This document shows positions 39,154 to 53,067 of a stretch of 64,000 bases of DNA, piece by piece; the first letter of the stretch is position 1; the number at the start of each line of letters is the position of its first letter. Made by a program: the position numbers and the translations under genes. The DNA is from Eledone cirrhosa. Lineage: Eukaryota. Location of the stretch: NCBI GenBank assembly GCA_964016885.1, contig OZ024745.1, positions 128,960,001 to 129,024,000 on the forward strand, given 5' to 3'. The notes below the pieces were generated by a model. The model worked only from the letters and a program-made list of their open reading frames with translations. It searched no databases and was not told the origin of the DNA.

Positions 39154-39989
39154 ATTAAATATATAAATAGTTAAATAAATGCCATTGTTAAATAATAAAT
39201 AAATCAACTAATACCTTAACACTTCACACAAAGTAAAACATTTCGTTTTAATCATTTTCTAACCCAGAAAAAAGAGAGAGAGAAACAAAAAAGGAAAAAA
39301 AATATTTTTCTTCCTAATAATTGTCTCTTTCTCCCTGTTTTCATATATATATATTTATATATATACATATATATTTGTAGTATTTAAACATATAAGAAAG
39401 CGCTCGGTAAACGATTAACAGTAAATTTAGGATTATTTAGTGCTGCAACATGATAAATATGGAACAAAGTTAAACAACCCAGACAACACGCATGAGAGTT
39501 CTTATTTAGCATTTCAATAGTTATTGTAAACCGAACTTGCGGCTTGGGGATATAGGAGCAATTGTCCGATACTGCATCGTAGGCGTAACTGGACATTAGA
39601 TTGGACTCCTTTTCAAGACAGTCGAGATAGGAATCATAGAAAATTAACGAAAATTTCTTTGCGATAGGCTAATTATTTTCTCAAGATAAAGCTACCTCCA
39701 GAGAAATCAACAGTACAATAACAAAGTTAACACAGGTGTACTTAATTTAGGGTGAAAATATACCCCTTTTAGAATGTAGACAGAACCTAGTTATAAAGCT
39801 AGATGGATAAGTAGCTGCTGTTTTTCTCTAGCCCCAAATCATACGTAACCGAGAAAATATGATCTAATGAAGGTTGTATTATGTCAATACTTTTTTTCTC
39901 TCTCTCAGTACCCAATCATAATTTGATATGATATTTAAATATTTCTTTGTGTTCTGTTATAGACTGATTTAACCTGTTTTGTTTATCAG

Positions 39990-40033
39990 AATCGCCTGAA
40001 GATCGGAACGAAGAAACCAAGAATATAGCGATT
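39990..40033 (+). ncRNA. Hammerhead-like motif with degenerate stem III
   Basis: AAUCGC-CUGAAGA-UCG-GAA-CGA-A-GAAA-ccaagaaua-UA^GCGAUU. Stem I is a perfect 6 bp and (TA)n follows at ~40085. Confidence 0.5.
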
Positions 40034-40120
40034 TGTAAAGTTTCATTTTCCAAATTGTATACATGCAAGCGAACACATAAATAAATATATACAGTATATA
40101 TATCTATATATCTATATAAT

Positions 40121-40195
<75 letters not shown>

Positions 40196-40278
40196 CACAC
40201 ACATACATATATGTATATGTATATATATATATACATACATTTATGTATATGTATATATATATACATATATATACTCAT

Positions 40279-40381
<103 letters not shown>

Positions 40382-40408
40382 TACACACACACACACACAT
40401 ATATATAT

Positions 40409-40464
<56 letters not shown>

Positions 40465-40513
40465 GTGTATATATATATGTATATGTGTATATATATGTGT
40501 GTGTGTATGTGTA

Positions 40514-40573
<60 letters not shown>

Positions 40574-40574
<1 letters not shown>

Positions 40575-41086
40575 CAGTGATATCAGATCCACTATCTCCT
40601 TGGGGATTCCATAAGCCTGTAAGATCTTCATCAGGCAGTAACGGTCCACAGAATCAAAGGCCTTCCTAAAGTCAATGAAAACCATGACCGCAGGAAGGCA
40701 CTTTGCTCTAGCTCCCTCTAATATCCTCATCAGCACCAGGATGTGACTGGTGGTTGATCTACCCTCTCTGAAACCGTTGTGGTTGTCCCTGAGCTTCTTC
40801 TCCATCTCAGGCTGGATCCTGTTAAGAATCATCCTGTTGAGGGTCTTTGCCACAAGTGATGGGTCTTTGCCACATGCTCACCAACATCCAGAGTTGACAT
40901 TGCACTCAGTGTTCCTTTTGGAGCCCCTACAGGGACACACTAGAAGAGGAAGACCAAGGTTAACGTATGTTGATGCCCTAAGGACAGACACTGGTCTGTT
41001 GGAGACGCAGGACATGGCAGCGATAATGAGGGACAGAGACCGCTGGAGAGAACTCGTCCATGGATCTCGGGAATTTTACCCGCCTT

Positions 41087-41088
<2 letters not shown>
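40574..41088. mobile_element. 5'-inverted RTE LINE insertion: RT fragment on - (40574-40855), 3' end on + (40861-41088), (TA)n tail
   Basis: Minus strand: [12 protein letters not shown]...[13 protein letters not shown]...[24 protein letters not shown] (RT domains 2-3). Plus strand: RRGRPRLTYVD...DRDRWRELV. Confidence 0.88.
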
Positions 41089-41122
<34 letters not shown>

Positions 41123-41670
41123 TGGCTGCCAACTCGTTTTCGAGTATGGCCACTACTTTATATCCATGTAGGAGAACCCCTACCGATGCGCTGAACAAGT
41201 GTGACTTTTTAGTCCAGCCAGCGACATGAAAACTCTGGTACAAACACTACACTTGTGACAATTATTGACACATAGTGCTGGGCCCATGGTACCATGTGAC
41301 GACAAGTGCAGAGAGATCTCCAGATATAAAGCAATGCCTGTGCCGTGAAGCTTTTATAGTGAGCAAAGGCACTGCACAAAGCCAGTCCCACTCTCTTAAC
41401 CAAGATGATATTTACCAAAAAGAAGAACAAGTCAACATCATTGGATACCATCAGGGTTGCAGGTGTTATATCAGAGTTTTCCTTCTCCTAGAATTCTGCC
41501 TTGACAAAGGCTAAGGGGTCATCTATATATATATATATATATATACATACACACACACATATATATATACACATAAACACACACATACATATATGTGTGT
41601 GTATATATATATATATGTATTTATGTATTTATGTATTTATGCATGTTTATATAAATATAAATATATATAT

Positions 41671-41731
<61 letters not shown>

Positions 41732-42063
41732 TAAGAATTTCTTACACACATGGAATGTTGTAATAGAGTTTTTCAACGTATGATTCCCTCTTAAGAAATG
41801 TATGTAGTTTACACATAACGGCTTTCCACGAATATATGTTTGAAATATGTTATTTGTAACTATTTAATCACATATGTATACTTTATTCAATAACTTACCC
41901 TCGCAAGTAAATCCATTTTCTTCATGTATATACTTTCTTATTATTTTTCCCAGTCACATCCACCCTTTGGCAATCTTTCCTTTTAAGGAGGTTTTTTTAA
42001 TTAAGGTTTAAAACGAACGAGATGTTATCAATTTTGAATATGTTCTGCATGATTATATATATG

Positions 42064-42140
<77 letters not shown>

Positions 42141-42276
42141 TGAGATTGATAGATATATCCCGAGTTTAATCGGGGGAACCACTGTAAGTAAGGTACTCAA
42201 TACATACCAGACTATTTAATATAGAAATTGCTTCTACAGGACTAGAACTGTTTAATTCGAAGGAAATCATCAGGGT

Positions 42277-42323
42277 TTTCCTGATGATTTCCTTCCAATG
42301 AAACAGTTCTAGTCCTGTAGAAG
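42277..42323 (+). ncRNA. Type I hammerhead in a tight head-to-head palindrome (42218-42336)
   Basis: UUUC-CUGAUGA-UU-UCCUUCC-AA-U-GAAA-CAG-UUCUAGUC-CUG-UA^GAAG. The mirror copy on - has GAAA>UAAA. Confidence 0.68.
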
Positions 42324-42579
42324 CCATTTCTATATTATATATATATATATATAAAAAAAAAGTTCTTGGGCGCAAGAAATGCTATAAACATAATTCATAA
42401 AATAGGGTGAAGACTCTTAAAAGACGGAAAAAGAATTTGCCATTGGCAGCTAGCTGGAAGATATAGGGTTTAGTCCCTCATAGCGATCGTTGGCAACTTT
42501 CTTTCCATCTTTTAAGGGTCTTCACTCTATTTTATAAGCCATCTTTATAGCATTTCTGCGCTCGAGTACTTTCTTTATA

Positions 42580-42669
<90 letters not shown>

Positions 42670-42674
<5 letters not shown>

Positions 42675-43005
42675 GGAAAAAATGAAACGATATTTCATTT
42701 CCCACACTTAGTACGGCTGTTACTTAAATATAAGTATGTACACGTACATACATATATGTATACCGACGTACAGTAGTATGTATATATATATACATACATG
42801 CACACATATATATATGCACGTATGGATTCACCGAACATTTATTATAATGCTCGGTGTGTTTGTAAACAAACATCCCGTATTAAGCCGTAGTGTCTAGCAA
42901 CCACCGTTGCTCGTTTGTTCAACACTGACAAAGGAACGCTGTACTAGTTTCAAGCTTGTTAGCTATCATCAGCAACGTATACCTTCCTGCCAGATTGTTG
43001 AACGT
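42670..43005 (-). mobile_element. PLE-like family E monomer with intact minimal hammerhead (42936-42978), 3' end in (TA)n
   Basis: ACGUUG-CUGAUGA-U-AGCU-AACA-AGCU-U-GAAA-CUAG-UA^CAGCGU. Near-identical to 61470-61800. Confidence 0.8.
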
Positions 43006-43040
43006 ATATACTTACCTTATGCATATTAACGGCTGAGTAG

Positions 43041-43862
43041 CCCAATTTGCATATCGAGAAGCCCTTTAGTATAGGCCAACTGGGAAACTATAACACACAT
43101 TACCCTATCAGTGAAGCCCTTTAGTATAGGCCAACTGGGAAACTATAACACACATTACCCAATTTGCATATAGAGAAGCCCTTTAGTATAGGTCAACTGG
43201 GAAACTATAACACACATTACCCTATCAGTGAAGCCCTTTAGTATAGGCCAACTGGGAAACTATAACACACATTACCCAATTTGCATATAGAGAAGCCCTT
43301 TAGTATAGGCCAACTGGGAAACTATAACACACATTACCCTATCAGTGAAGCCCTTTAGTATAGGCCAACTGGGAAACTATAACACACATTACCCTATCAG
43401 TGAAGCCCTTTAGTATAGGTCAACTGGGAAACTATAACACACATTACCCTATCAGTGAAGCCCTTTAGTATAGGTCAACTGGGAAACTATAACACACATT
43501 ACCCTATCAGTGAAGCCCTTTAGTATAGGTCAACTGGGAAACTATAACACACATTACCCTATCAGCGAAGCCCTTTAGTATAGGTCAACTGGGAAACTAT
43601 AACACACATTACCCTATCAGTGAAGCCCTTTAGTATAGGCCAACTGGGAAACTATAACACACATAACCCTATCAGTGAAGCCCTTTAGTATAGGCCAACT
43701 GGGAAACTATAACACACATTACCCTATCAGTGAAGCCCTTTAGTATAGGTCAACTGGGAAACTATAACACACATTACCCTATCAGTGAAGCCCTTTAGTA
43801 TAGGCCAACTGGGAAACTATAACACACATTACCCTATCAGTGAAGCCCTTTAGTATAGGTCA
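43041..43862. repeat. 55-bp minisatellite (~14-15 copies, with 64-bp variants)
   Basis: tgaagccctttagtataggccaactgggaaactataacacacattaccctatcag. Confidence 0.95.
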
Positions 43863-43929
43863 GCTAACAGAAAATTGTATTACAGTTACGAAAAAAATTC
43901 TAAATAAACCTACAAGGAAAACATTAAAA

Positions 43930-44006
43930 ACGGTCATCGCTGGCCACTCTGACTGGTCTGGCGGGCCAAGAAGTGGCCCGCGGGCCGCCTGTTGCACGCC
44001 ACTTGT
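43930..44006 (+). mobile_element. hAT (Charlie-like) terminal fragment
   Basis: ggcgggccaagaagtggcccgcgggccgcctgttgcacgccacttg resembles the typical GGCCCGCGGGCCG subterminal palindrome and terminus (recalled pattern). Confidence 0.5.
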
Positions 44007-45099
44007 TTATACCAATCATTTATAGATGTCGAGTGTTTCCACTATTCGCGGATAGTATCTCCTCTGACTGAGTCAGCTGAGAATTAATTTCTTGTCCATA
44101 GACTCAACATAGGGACCATCTTGCTAACAAGACCTTTCTTTTATTTAGTGAGATGTTATTTGGAGAATATTCATTGCTACTTCTAGCAGGTAGAATGACT
44201 GCGTGAAGTCTCACTCGTTGGCTCCATGAAATATCCGCTGAAGAACGCTTCATTGTCACGTATTCATATTAAAAAAAAATAGCCTATATAGCTAAACACT
44301 GTAAGGCATTTTAGTCGGGCGCCTACCAAATCTGCTATATATCGCCTTGAGCAATCATTAATATTAAGGACGTATAATGAGATTTTGCCTCATACCGATA
44401 CTATGTTCGTCTCGTTTTTTGGTTAACTTGTACAGCTAAGCTTGTCTTATCTGTCAGTCACGTCTCCATCACACTGAATATTAGAAAGAGAAATCTCACG
44501 TCTCTTGACGAAGTATCAGATAACATGCTAAGATGTCAATGGGAAGCATTCAGAAGTTTGTCTCTTTGACAATTTCTCCATCCCCAACCACCACCACCAC
44601 CACCACTATCATCTCTCTCTCCTTCTCCTTTCATTCTCTTTATCCTTTTAATTTTTCGCCCTCCCTTTACTCTCACTATTTTTCTTCTCTATGTCTTTCT
44701 CATTTTATCTATAAGCCATTTTCTCCCTGAAATGTCAAGAGTTTCACCCATCCGTACATGATACTCATGACATATTTGTAGAAAATATTTCACAAATAAC
44801 TAATTAAACACATAAACAAACAAAAGAACAAAACATCAGATAAATAAATAAGTAAATACACGTGGAAGAAAATAGAGAAAAGAGAAGGAAAGTAAAGAAA
44901 TGGTAAGATAATTAATACTAGCAGGTGGAACTAAGCTCTTAACCCTTTTCAAGACCAGATCAATCTAACCCCTAACACTACCTCCTCTACTATTACTACT
45001 ACCACCACCACCAAGGCCGCCACCACCACCACCACTATAATTTACACCATTGTCGCTATAGCTACCACCGTTGTCGCCACCCCCATGACTATTGCTGTT

Positions 45100-45913
45100 A
45101 TTGCTACAATTGCTACTATAGAAACTGTGGGTAATAGCACCGCCACCACTGTAGTTACCATAGCAACTGTGGGTCATAGCACCGCCACCACTGTAGTTAC
45201 CATAGCAACTGTGGGTCATAGCACTGCCACTGTTGTTACCATAGCTACTGTGAGTAACACCACCACCACCACTGTTGTTACCATAGCGACTGTGGGTAAC
45301 ACCACCGCCACCGCCACTGTTGTTACCATAGCTACTGTGGGTAACACCACCGCCACCGCCACTGTTGTTACCATAGCTACTGTGGGTAACACCACCGCCA
45401 CCACTGTTGTTACCATAGCGACTGTGGGTAACACCACCGCCACCACTGTTGTTACCATAGCGACTGTGGGTAACACCACCGCCACCGCCACTGTTGTTAC
45501 CATAGCTACTGTGGGTAACACCACCGCCACCACTGTTGTTACCATAGCTACTGCGGTAACACCACCGCCACCACCACTGTTGTTACCATAGCTACTGTGG
45601 GTAACACCACCACCGCCACCAATGTTGTTACCATAGCTACTGCGGTAACACCACCGCCACCACCACTGTTGTTACCATAGCTACTGTGGGTAACACCACC
45701 GCCACCACCACTGTTGTTACCATAGCTACTGCGGTAACACCACCGCCACCACCACTGTTGTTACCATAACTACTGCGGTAACACCACCGCCACCACCACT
45801 GTTGTTACCATAGCTACTGTGGGTAACACCACCACCGCCACCAATGTTGTTACCATAGCTACTGTGGGCCATAGCATCACCACTGTTGTCACCATAGCTA
45901 CTGTGGGTAACAC
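45100..45913. repeat. ~39-45-bp minisatellite (~20 copies) with internal hairpin TGTTACC...GGTAACA
   Basis: ccactgttgttaccatagctactgtgggtaacaccaccg units. Confidence 0.92.
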
Positions 45914-46469
45914 TCGCGAGCACTCGCACACACACACACACACAGACGCACACACATAAGTGTACACACAAACACCTCCTCCAGCATACACAAACACATG
46001 TACACACACAGACATATACACACGGTAACACGCAAACATGCACACATTCCTTAAGTACAAACATACATACACACACACACGCGCACACACACACAGACAC
46101 ACAGACGCACAGACACACACAGACGCACAGACACACACAGACATACACACGCACGCGCAGACACACACGCACACACACAGTCACATACACACACACGCAC
46201 ACGCACAGTCACACACACACACACGCACACACACACGCACAGACGAGCACACACACGCGCGCGCGCACGCACACATACACAGACACACACACACACACAT
46301 ATACACACATAGACACACACACACGCACAGACACACAGACACGCACACACACATATACGCACACACATGCACACACACACATGCACATACACACGCACGC
46401 ACACACAAACACACACACAGAGACACGCACGCACACACGCGCACACAGACGTCCCTAGAACAGTAAAGA

Positions 46470-46785
46470 TTTGCAACCGCTGCACATAGCAAAGTAACAA
46501 GTCTTCAACTAACACCAAAGCCTTCATGCCGCCGGATTTCACATTTTCTAACAACCCCATATCCTGGTCAACTCTGGTGTCCTTGGTCCCCGCAATCGGA
46601 ATGACAGCGGCCCGCTTGAGAAAGAAGCGCCGTGTGGCGGGGTGGCTGTTCAAGCGCATGTCATTGGCTATTTTCTGTGGCAATGCCTTCGCCGTTCTGT
46701 CTGTGGGGCACGGCCGAATCACCGCTCAGGCTGGAGTGTAGACTCCGTCCATTTCTCTCCTTCTCCCTTTCTTTCGTTGCCTAAT
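46470..46785 (+). mobile_element. 3' fragment of CRE-like REL non-LTR retrotransposon
   Basis: Frameshifted QP..LVNSGVLGP, then TAARLRKKRRVAGWLFKRMSLAIFCGNAFAVLS. Resembles the ETxG..GP...FLFQRLSVAIQRGNAASVL C-terminus of CRE-type elements. Confidence 0.6.
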
Positions 46786-46950
46786 TCTTCTTCTTCTTCG
46801 CCCACTTATCCCTGAGAGGGTCGTGGGGACAGAGTCCTCAAACACTTCTTCCAGCGGGTCCTGTCAGATCAGAAGCAATCCTCTCCAACTGATCCAGTTG
46901 GATCTCCAAGGGAGACCAGCCAAGGTCATGGATATTATCCAACCATTTTG
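46785..46950 (-). mobile_element. RTE-like 3' end with (GAA)n tail
   Basis: Reverse complement of the family at 9601 and 18058. Confidence 0.7.
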
Positions 46951-47098
46951 CTCTTGTTTCATTTAAATATTATTATTTGTCTAACTTTACAATGTTATCT
47001 TATTGCATAAACTTTGGTAATATTCATGTAAACAAAGGTCGATAAAATAAGAATCAATCAAGTACTGTTATCGATAGAATCGACTGTTCCTTGTTCAC

Positions 47099-47904
47099 TG
47101 GTGAATTGGCATTATCGGTATAGGGTTGGACGCCATGCTGTCCAGCATAGTTACGTCCCTTTACGGTCTGAGTTCAAATCCCGTCGAGGTTAACTTTACC
47201 TTTCATCCTTACGGGGTCGATAAAATAAAGTACCAGTAATGGACTGGGTAATTGCTGGCCTTGTGCCAAAAGAAGAAACAACTATATTAGAAATCGCTAT
47301 ATACAAAATTACAAAAATAGATTTTGTAAAGGTAACAATCTTTTATTTCACACCTTCCATCTTGAAATATGGAAGGGCACATCGAACAATCTAGTCCTGG
47401 CTATGTTGTACCACCATAGATAAATAACATAAATAACATAAAATAATAATAAAGCGTTCCACCCACCCCCGCCTAACAACAACAAAAAGTAAAATAACAA
47501 ATAACCCTTACGAAACGTTTTTGTTCATAAATAATTGTTTCTACTTTTGGCACAAGGCCAACAATTACCCAGTGTATTACTGGTACTTTATTTTATCGAC
47601 CCCGTAAGGATGAAAGGCAAAGTTAACTCAGATCGTAAAGGGGCGTAACTCTATGCTACAAAGCATGGCGTCCGACTCTCTACTAATACTGCCAATCCAC
47701 TTCATAAATAAGGCCAGCAATTTTGGGAGAGGGGAAAATCGATTAAATCGACCCCAGTGCGTTACTGGTACTTTATTTTATCGACCCCCGTAAGGATGAA
47801 AGGCAAAGCTAACCTCGGCGGGATTTGAACTCAGAACGTAAAGAGCCGTAACTATATGCCGCAAAACATGTCCGACGCTCTACCGATATTGCCAATCCAC
47901 CGCC
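47099..47904. mobile_element. SINE-A copies: 47099-47282(+), 47533-47702(-), 47710-47904(-)
   Basis: Family consensus matches. Confidence 0.85.
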
Positions 47905-47997
47905 CTTTTTCTAATAAATAATAAATATGCACAATCAGAGCTGTTCAGGCGTTAAACTACAACAACAACATATATACATTCGATTTCATCTCTTTTT

Positions 47998-48092
<95 letters not shown>

Positions 48093-48133
48093 GGGAACAA
48101 TGAATCAGTATTGCATTATTTACATATTTAATT

Positions 48134-48225
48134 ACATATTACATATGTTTCACTGCCGATCAGCTCGAGGAACAATCGATTAATGTTCGATCCTGACTCT
48201 GGAATCGGAAGCACCTCAGATATGT
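48134..48225 (-). ncRNA. Family D hammerhead motif (A9 lost)
   Basis: ACAUAU-CUGAGGu-[long stem II]-GAAA-C-AUAU-G-UA^AUAUGU. The 3' end reaches (TA)n at 48001-48086. Confidence 0.6.
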
Positions 48226-49789
48226 GTTTACATGTAGACGCACGTCCACATACATATATTACATTAGCACCAGCAGACCGTTAAACATTTTCAAATATTT
48301 TTATGCATGAGCATTTGTTTACGTATGATAAACTTACATAAGACTCGCTTTTGTATTTTACATTGTGATCAAAGCTCTTCTAAACTAGGAGGATTTTGTG
48401 TTACCAAAACAATGTTATATGGAGCGGCATACACTTCACCCTGACTGTATCCTAAGGAACTATACAGAGTTCACACTGCCGACCACTTGAAGTGATGGCA
48501 CAATCACCAAATGTACTCCTTTAAGTCTAGGAAGAGGATAGTTTGATTTCCCTCTCCCGTTTTATCTGGAAGCTCAGAAAACATGTCAATGATTTTCCCA
48601 CTATAATAGTTTACTTAAATGCGAAAAGTGTTTCTCTGAGAAACTGCATAGCTTGACCAATGCTTGAGAACGTGTAAAACGCTTGTAGCAACTTTACTAT
48701 CGAAAGTTAATCTCGGTTGTGTTGCTTCACTTACACAGTAGGAGTGTTCCTGAGGCAGGAGAATGTATACCAAGTGACCGAGCCCGACCATTGGAGCTAA
48801 GCATACCTAACATGCCTCTCATGATGAACATCTGAATGATTTCACATGAGTTTTATGTATCTATGTAAATCCGAACGATGAACATATTAGTCAACAAATG
48901 TTTATCTACACACACACACACACACATACCTGAGACATATATTCACATACACAGACATATATATTCACATAATCACCTAAACATATCTCTGTCGATATAT
49001 CTGTTTCTTATTTCTATATAACTAATTAGTTAACTATTTGGAAATATTTCCCTAAAGTTTAATTACTGAAAGATACTATCTGCAGGCAGTGTACTGTTTA
49101 AGGCAGTGTTAACATAATTTAATGTAGCAAATATTACATATCTATTTAGAAAAATATATACGATATGGAAAATGCAGCTTTAGTTCAATGACGTCTACTA
49201 TTTTAATATCATCGGTAAATGTGGGAGATAACTACAATCATGTTTCTGTCGTATTAGACCTCCACGCCCAAATTGAATGCCGAAATTAAACGTATAGCTG
49301 CGGAAAACCATTGAGTAGATATATACTATGTTTGCTGTATTTACCGGTGGTTTTAAAACATGATCCAATCTGATCGGCGTCTCCTATATTTTAGAACCAT
49401 TTCAATGTTCTGATAATATTAGATTTATCTAGTTTACTTCTTGTTTTAAACATTAAGGGAGATTTTGCGTTCGAATCATACAATTAATTTCAGTTAATTG
49501 AACTTTTACAGCCCACTTTATTACATATGTGAGATTTTACTCTATGTGTATTTAGTACACATAATGGTCCCTTTAACTATTTCCGGGAGACCATATGCAT
49601 CGAAACCGTGTTGTTACGTATTCTACAGTCGGTGGCTGAAGAGGCGAACATAGTTTTCCCCGTTTGAGTCCTATATGTTTTTGTGTCCTCGTTATACCCA
49701 TTTTGCTATCTTCGAATGAAAACGAACGCCGATTTGATCAACACACATTGACTACTACATTCCTTCTCTTTCTACACACACTCACTCTT

Positions 49790-49849
<60 letters not shown>

Positions 49850-49850
49850 G

Positions 49851-49898
<48 letters not shown>

Positions 49899-50087
49899 TT
49901 GTGAGTTCGATTCCTAGACAAGTCGATGTGTTATGTTCTTAAGCAAGACACTTTACTTCAGGTTGTTCCTTCTGCCTGGAGTAGGGACCGACAGATAGTA
50001 ATAGCAATTGGAAAGACCGACGGAAACATTGTTTCCTCGGTCCGATTTTATGTGTGTGCGTATGTAAATATATATATAAATATATAA

Positions 50088-50253
50088 CGAAGGAGATGTG
50101 GTAAGGAACGAGATGGACCATAATGCACCAGAGTACTCAATACTTAGGGTAGTAGAGTGGGTAATAGGAAAATGTTTGACCCCCGACGGCAGAGTTCAAG
50201 CCGTTTCGAAACGGCTTGAGCTCTGCCGTCCGTCGGGGTCAAACATTTTCCTA
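50088..50253. mobile_element. PLE-like family A with terminal fold-back, between (TA)n tracts
   Basis: ataggaaaatgtttgacccc.gacggcagag.tcaagccgtttc|gaaacggcttgagctctgccgtc..ggggtcaaacattttcctat. Confidence 0.7.
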
Positions 50254-50382
50254 TATATATATATATATGCATGTGTGTGTGTGTGTGAGCACTCAGTTCT
50301 AATATTGGTCCTGCTGCCGATGTGGTATTCTACGTTTGGTATGTCACCATAATCGGTATCCTTAAGCAGAGTGTTAATGATA

Positions 50383-50424
<42 letters not shown>

Positions 50425-51138
50425 TATAAATGAAAGGTATAGAAATTGTAGCGAGAAGCCAACAGTATTCCATAACATATATGCGACTATAGCGTCAAGA
50501 TGGGAAAAATAGTTAACGTAAGATGTAGGAAAAATAATTCAAACTCATCTCAAAAGAGAATCAGGATATAAATTCATCCACAGAATTTAGTGAAATCCAA
50601 GGAAAAATCAATAGAGCCTTAACTCATGATAAAATAAAGTCTAAAATACTTATCCTTCAATTTGGAAAAACATCAAATGCTCTGTATAGTCTTAAAGACT
50701 ATTTCATGAAAACTTTCAGTGGAGATGGTCACGGTTGCATTTCAATCGTCAGCAGAGCTCAACCAGATAACCAGGACTCTCACAGATTTATAAGCCAAAA
50801 AGGGAATTTTAAAACTGGCTAGTTCACCATCATGCGTGATTATGAAAAACGCACATGAGGAAAAACGGGGCTAGTGACGTCAGAATGAGGCGAATGTTTG
50901 TTTACAAGAAATAACAGTCAAATACATTCCGAAAAAAACTCTACAAAAGGAGTTCAGCAAAAAGCAATATTATCGCAGTTTTTATAAAAAAACCGGAATT
51001 AGTCACAAATAATTTAAGCACTCTAGGAAAAAAATCCGAGTATAAATATATAAATGAAAGGTATAGAAACTGTTGTAGCGACAAGCTAACCATAACATAT
51101 ATGCGACTATAGCGCCAAAATGGGAAAAATAGTTAACG

Positions 51139-51139
<1 letters not shown>

Positions 51140-51188
<49 letters not shown>

Positions 51189-51258
51189 GTGGTAACACAA
51201 CCTAACTCGTCCCATGGACTGCGTGGTATATCACTACAGATATTACCTTCCAGTGTTC

Positions 51259-51294
<36 letters not shown>

Positions 51295-51353
51295 TCTCTC
51301 TCTCTCTCTCCCTCTCTCTCTCTCTCCATATATATATTATATATATATATATA

Positions 51354-51411
<58 letters not shown>

Positions 51412-51505
51412 GAGAGAGAGAGAGAGAGTGAGGTAGAACACTGGAAGGTAATATCCGTAGTGATATACCACGCAGTCCATGGGACGAGTTAGGTTCTGTT
51501 ACCAC

Positions 51506-51590
<85 letters not shown>
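51140..51590. repeat. Compound palindrome (TA)n-X-(CT)n-CC(AT)nGG-(GA)n-X'-(TA)n
   Basis: X (51186-51262) and X' (51430-51508) are reverse complements with about two mismatches. Confidence 0.9.
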
Positions 51591-51591
<1 letters not shown>

Positions 51592-51841
51592 CACAAATGG
51601 AAGTACAGCATAATCGAAGATATATATATATATACAAATGGAAGTACAGCATAATCGAAGCTCTGGCCGTAGCTAAGCTAACGAATGCAATCGGAATGTA
51701 CAGCTAAGCACTCAATAAGGTATTTTACCTTAGAGTAATAACATTACATTTAGACAGCTTTAAAAATTGAAGATTGCGACCGGTAAGCCAGCCGCAGGGA
51801 CCAAAGCAACTATATATATATATATAAAATATAGAGACAGA

Positions 51842-51910
<69 letters not shown>

Positions 51911-52046
51911 TTTTGGCAACCATTCACGGTCTGGCTCAATTTTAAACTTATAGCCTCGTTTAATTGATTCTTTGTGTGGTTAATTATGCTGATTGGGAGG
52001 AGAAATAGTGTATATATTTTATCAAATGATTCTATGGACTTACTTT

Positions 52047-52134
<88 letters not shown>

Positions 52135-52341
52135 AAGATACATACATACGTACGTGCACACATACACACACACACATACGTTTGTACAAGCATACATTCA
52201 TACATACACGTGTACGTCGGTTGATTTAGACATAGATAGCTAAAAACATTAAGAAACAAGATTACTATCTAGAAAGATAGACTCAAGTATAAAACTGGTA
52301 TGAATGTACGTTTGTGTGTGTGTTTGTTTGTGTGTGTGTGT

Positions 52342-52372
<31 letters not shown>

Positions 52373-52576
52373 AGGGGAGGGATGGACTGGAGAGAGTGGG
52401 GAAAAGAGAGAAAGAGGTTGTGTTTATATGTACATTTATGCACGTGTCCATATACATGTATGTTTGTATGTATATATGTGAGTTTGGAAATGGGAAGCAG
52501 GTTTTTAGAACAAGGTAAAATAAATTTTATATATACTGTATATATATATATATATATGTATATAAATATATATGTG

Positions 52577-52617
<41 letters not shown>

Positions 52618-53067
52618 GTTATACTGTATATATATATATATATATATATACGTTATATATATATATATATATATATATACAGTATATATATAACACAGGG
52701 CGCATACGAGACAGGGATGAAGGAGAGACAGAGAAAGAAAAACAAAGAGTGAAAGGGGAGGTGATCGTTACTCTACCCGACATTCTCACTATCTCTCACT
52801 CTCAGCCTCCGCTAGTAATAAAAACAACAAGAACAAGAACAACAACAACAACAATAAACATAATAATAAAAAAAACCCAGGATTAGGACTAAAAGCAGAC
52901 AGTGAAGAGTGAAGAGAGAAGATAATGTGAAAGTAGTCTGTTAAATTCAGCTTAGATGTTACTCTGCTGTTGATTTGACCTAATAAGCAGCCAAGGTTCA
53001 AAGGTTAAAGTACAGTTGAAGCAGCCATTAGGCCGGAAAGGAAATGGCAGATGGAGCAAAGCATATA

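Noticed and set aside
45085-45591. Mucin-like Thr-rich ORF
   Set aside because: It is a minisatellite whose unit variants break the frame, with no splice or domain support.
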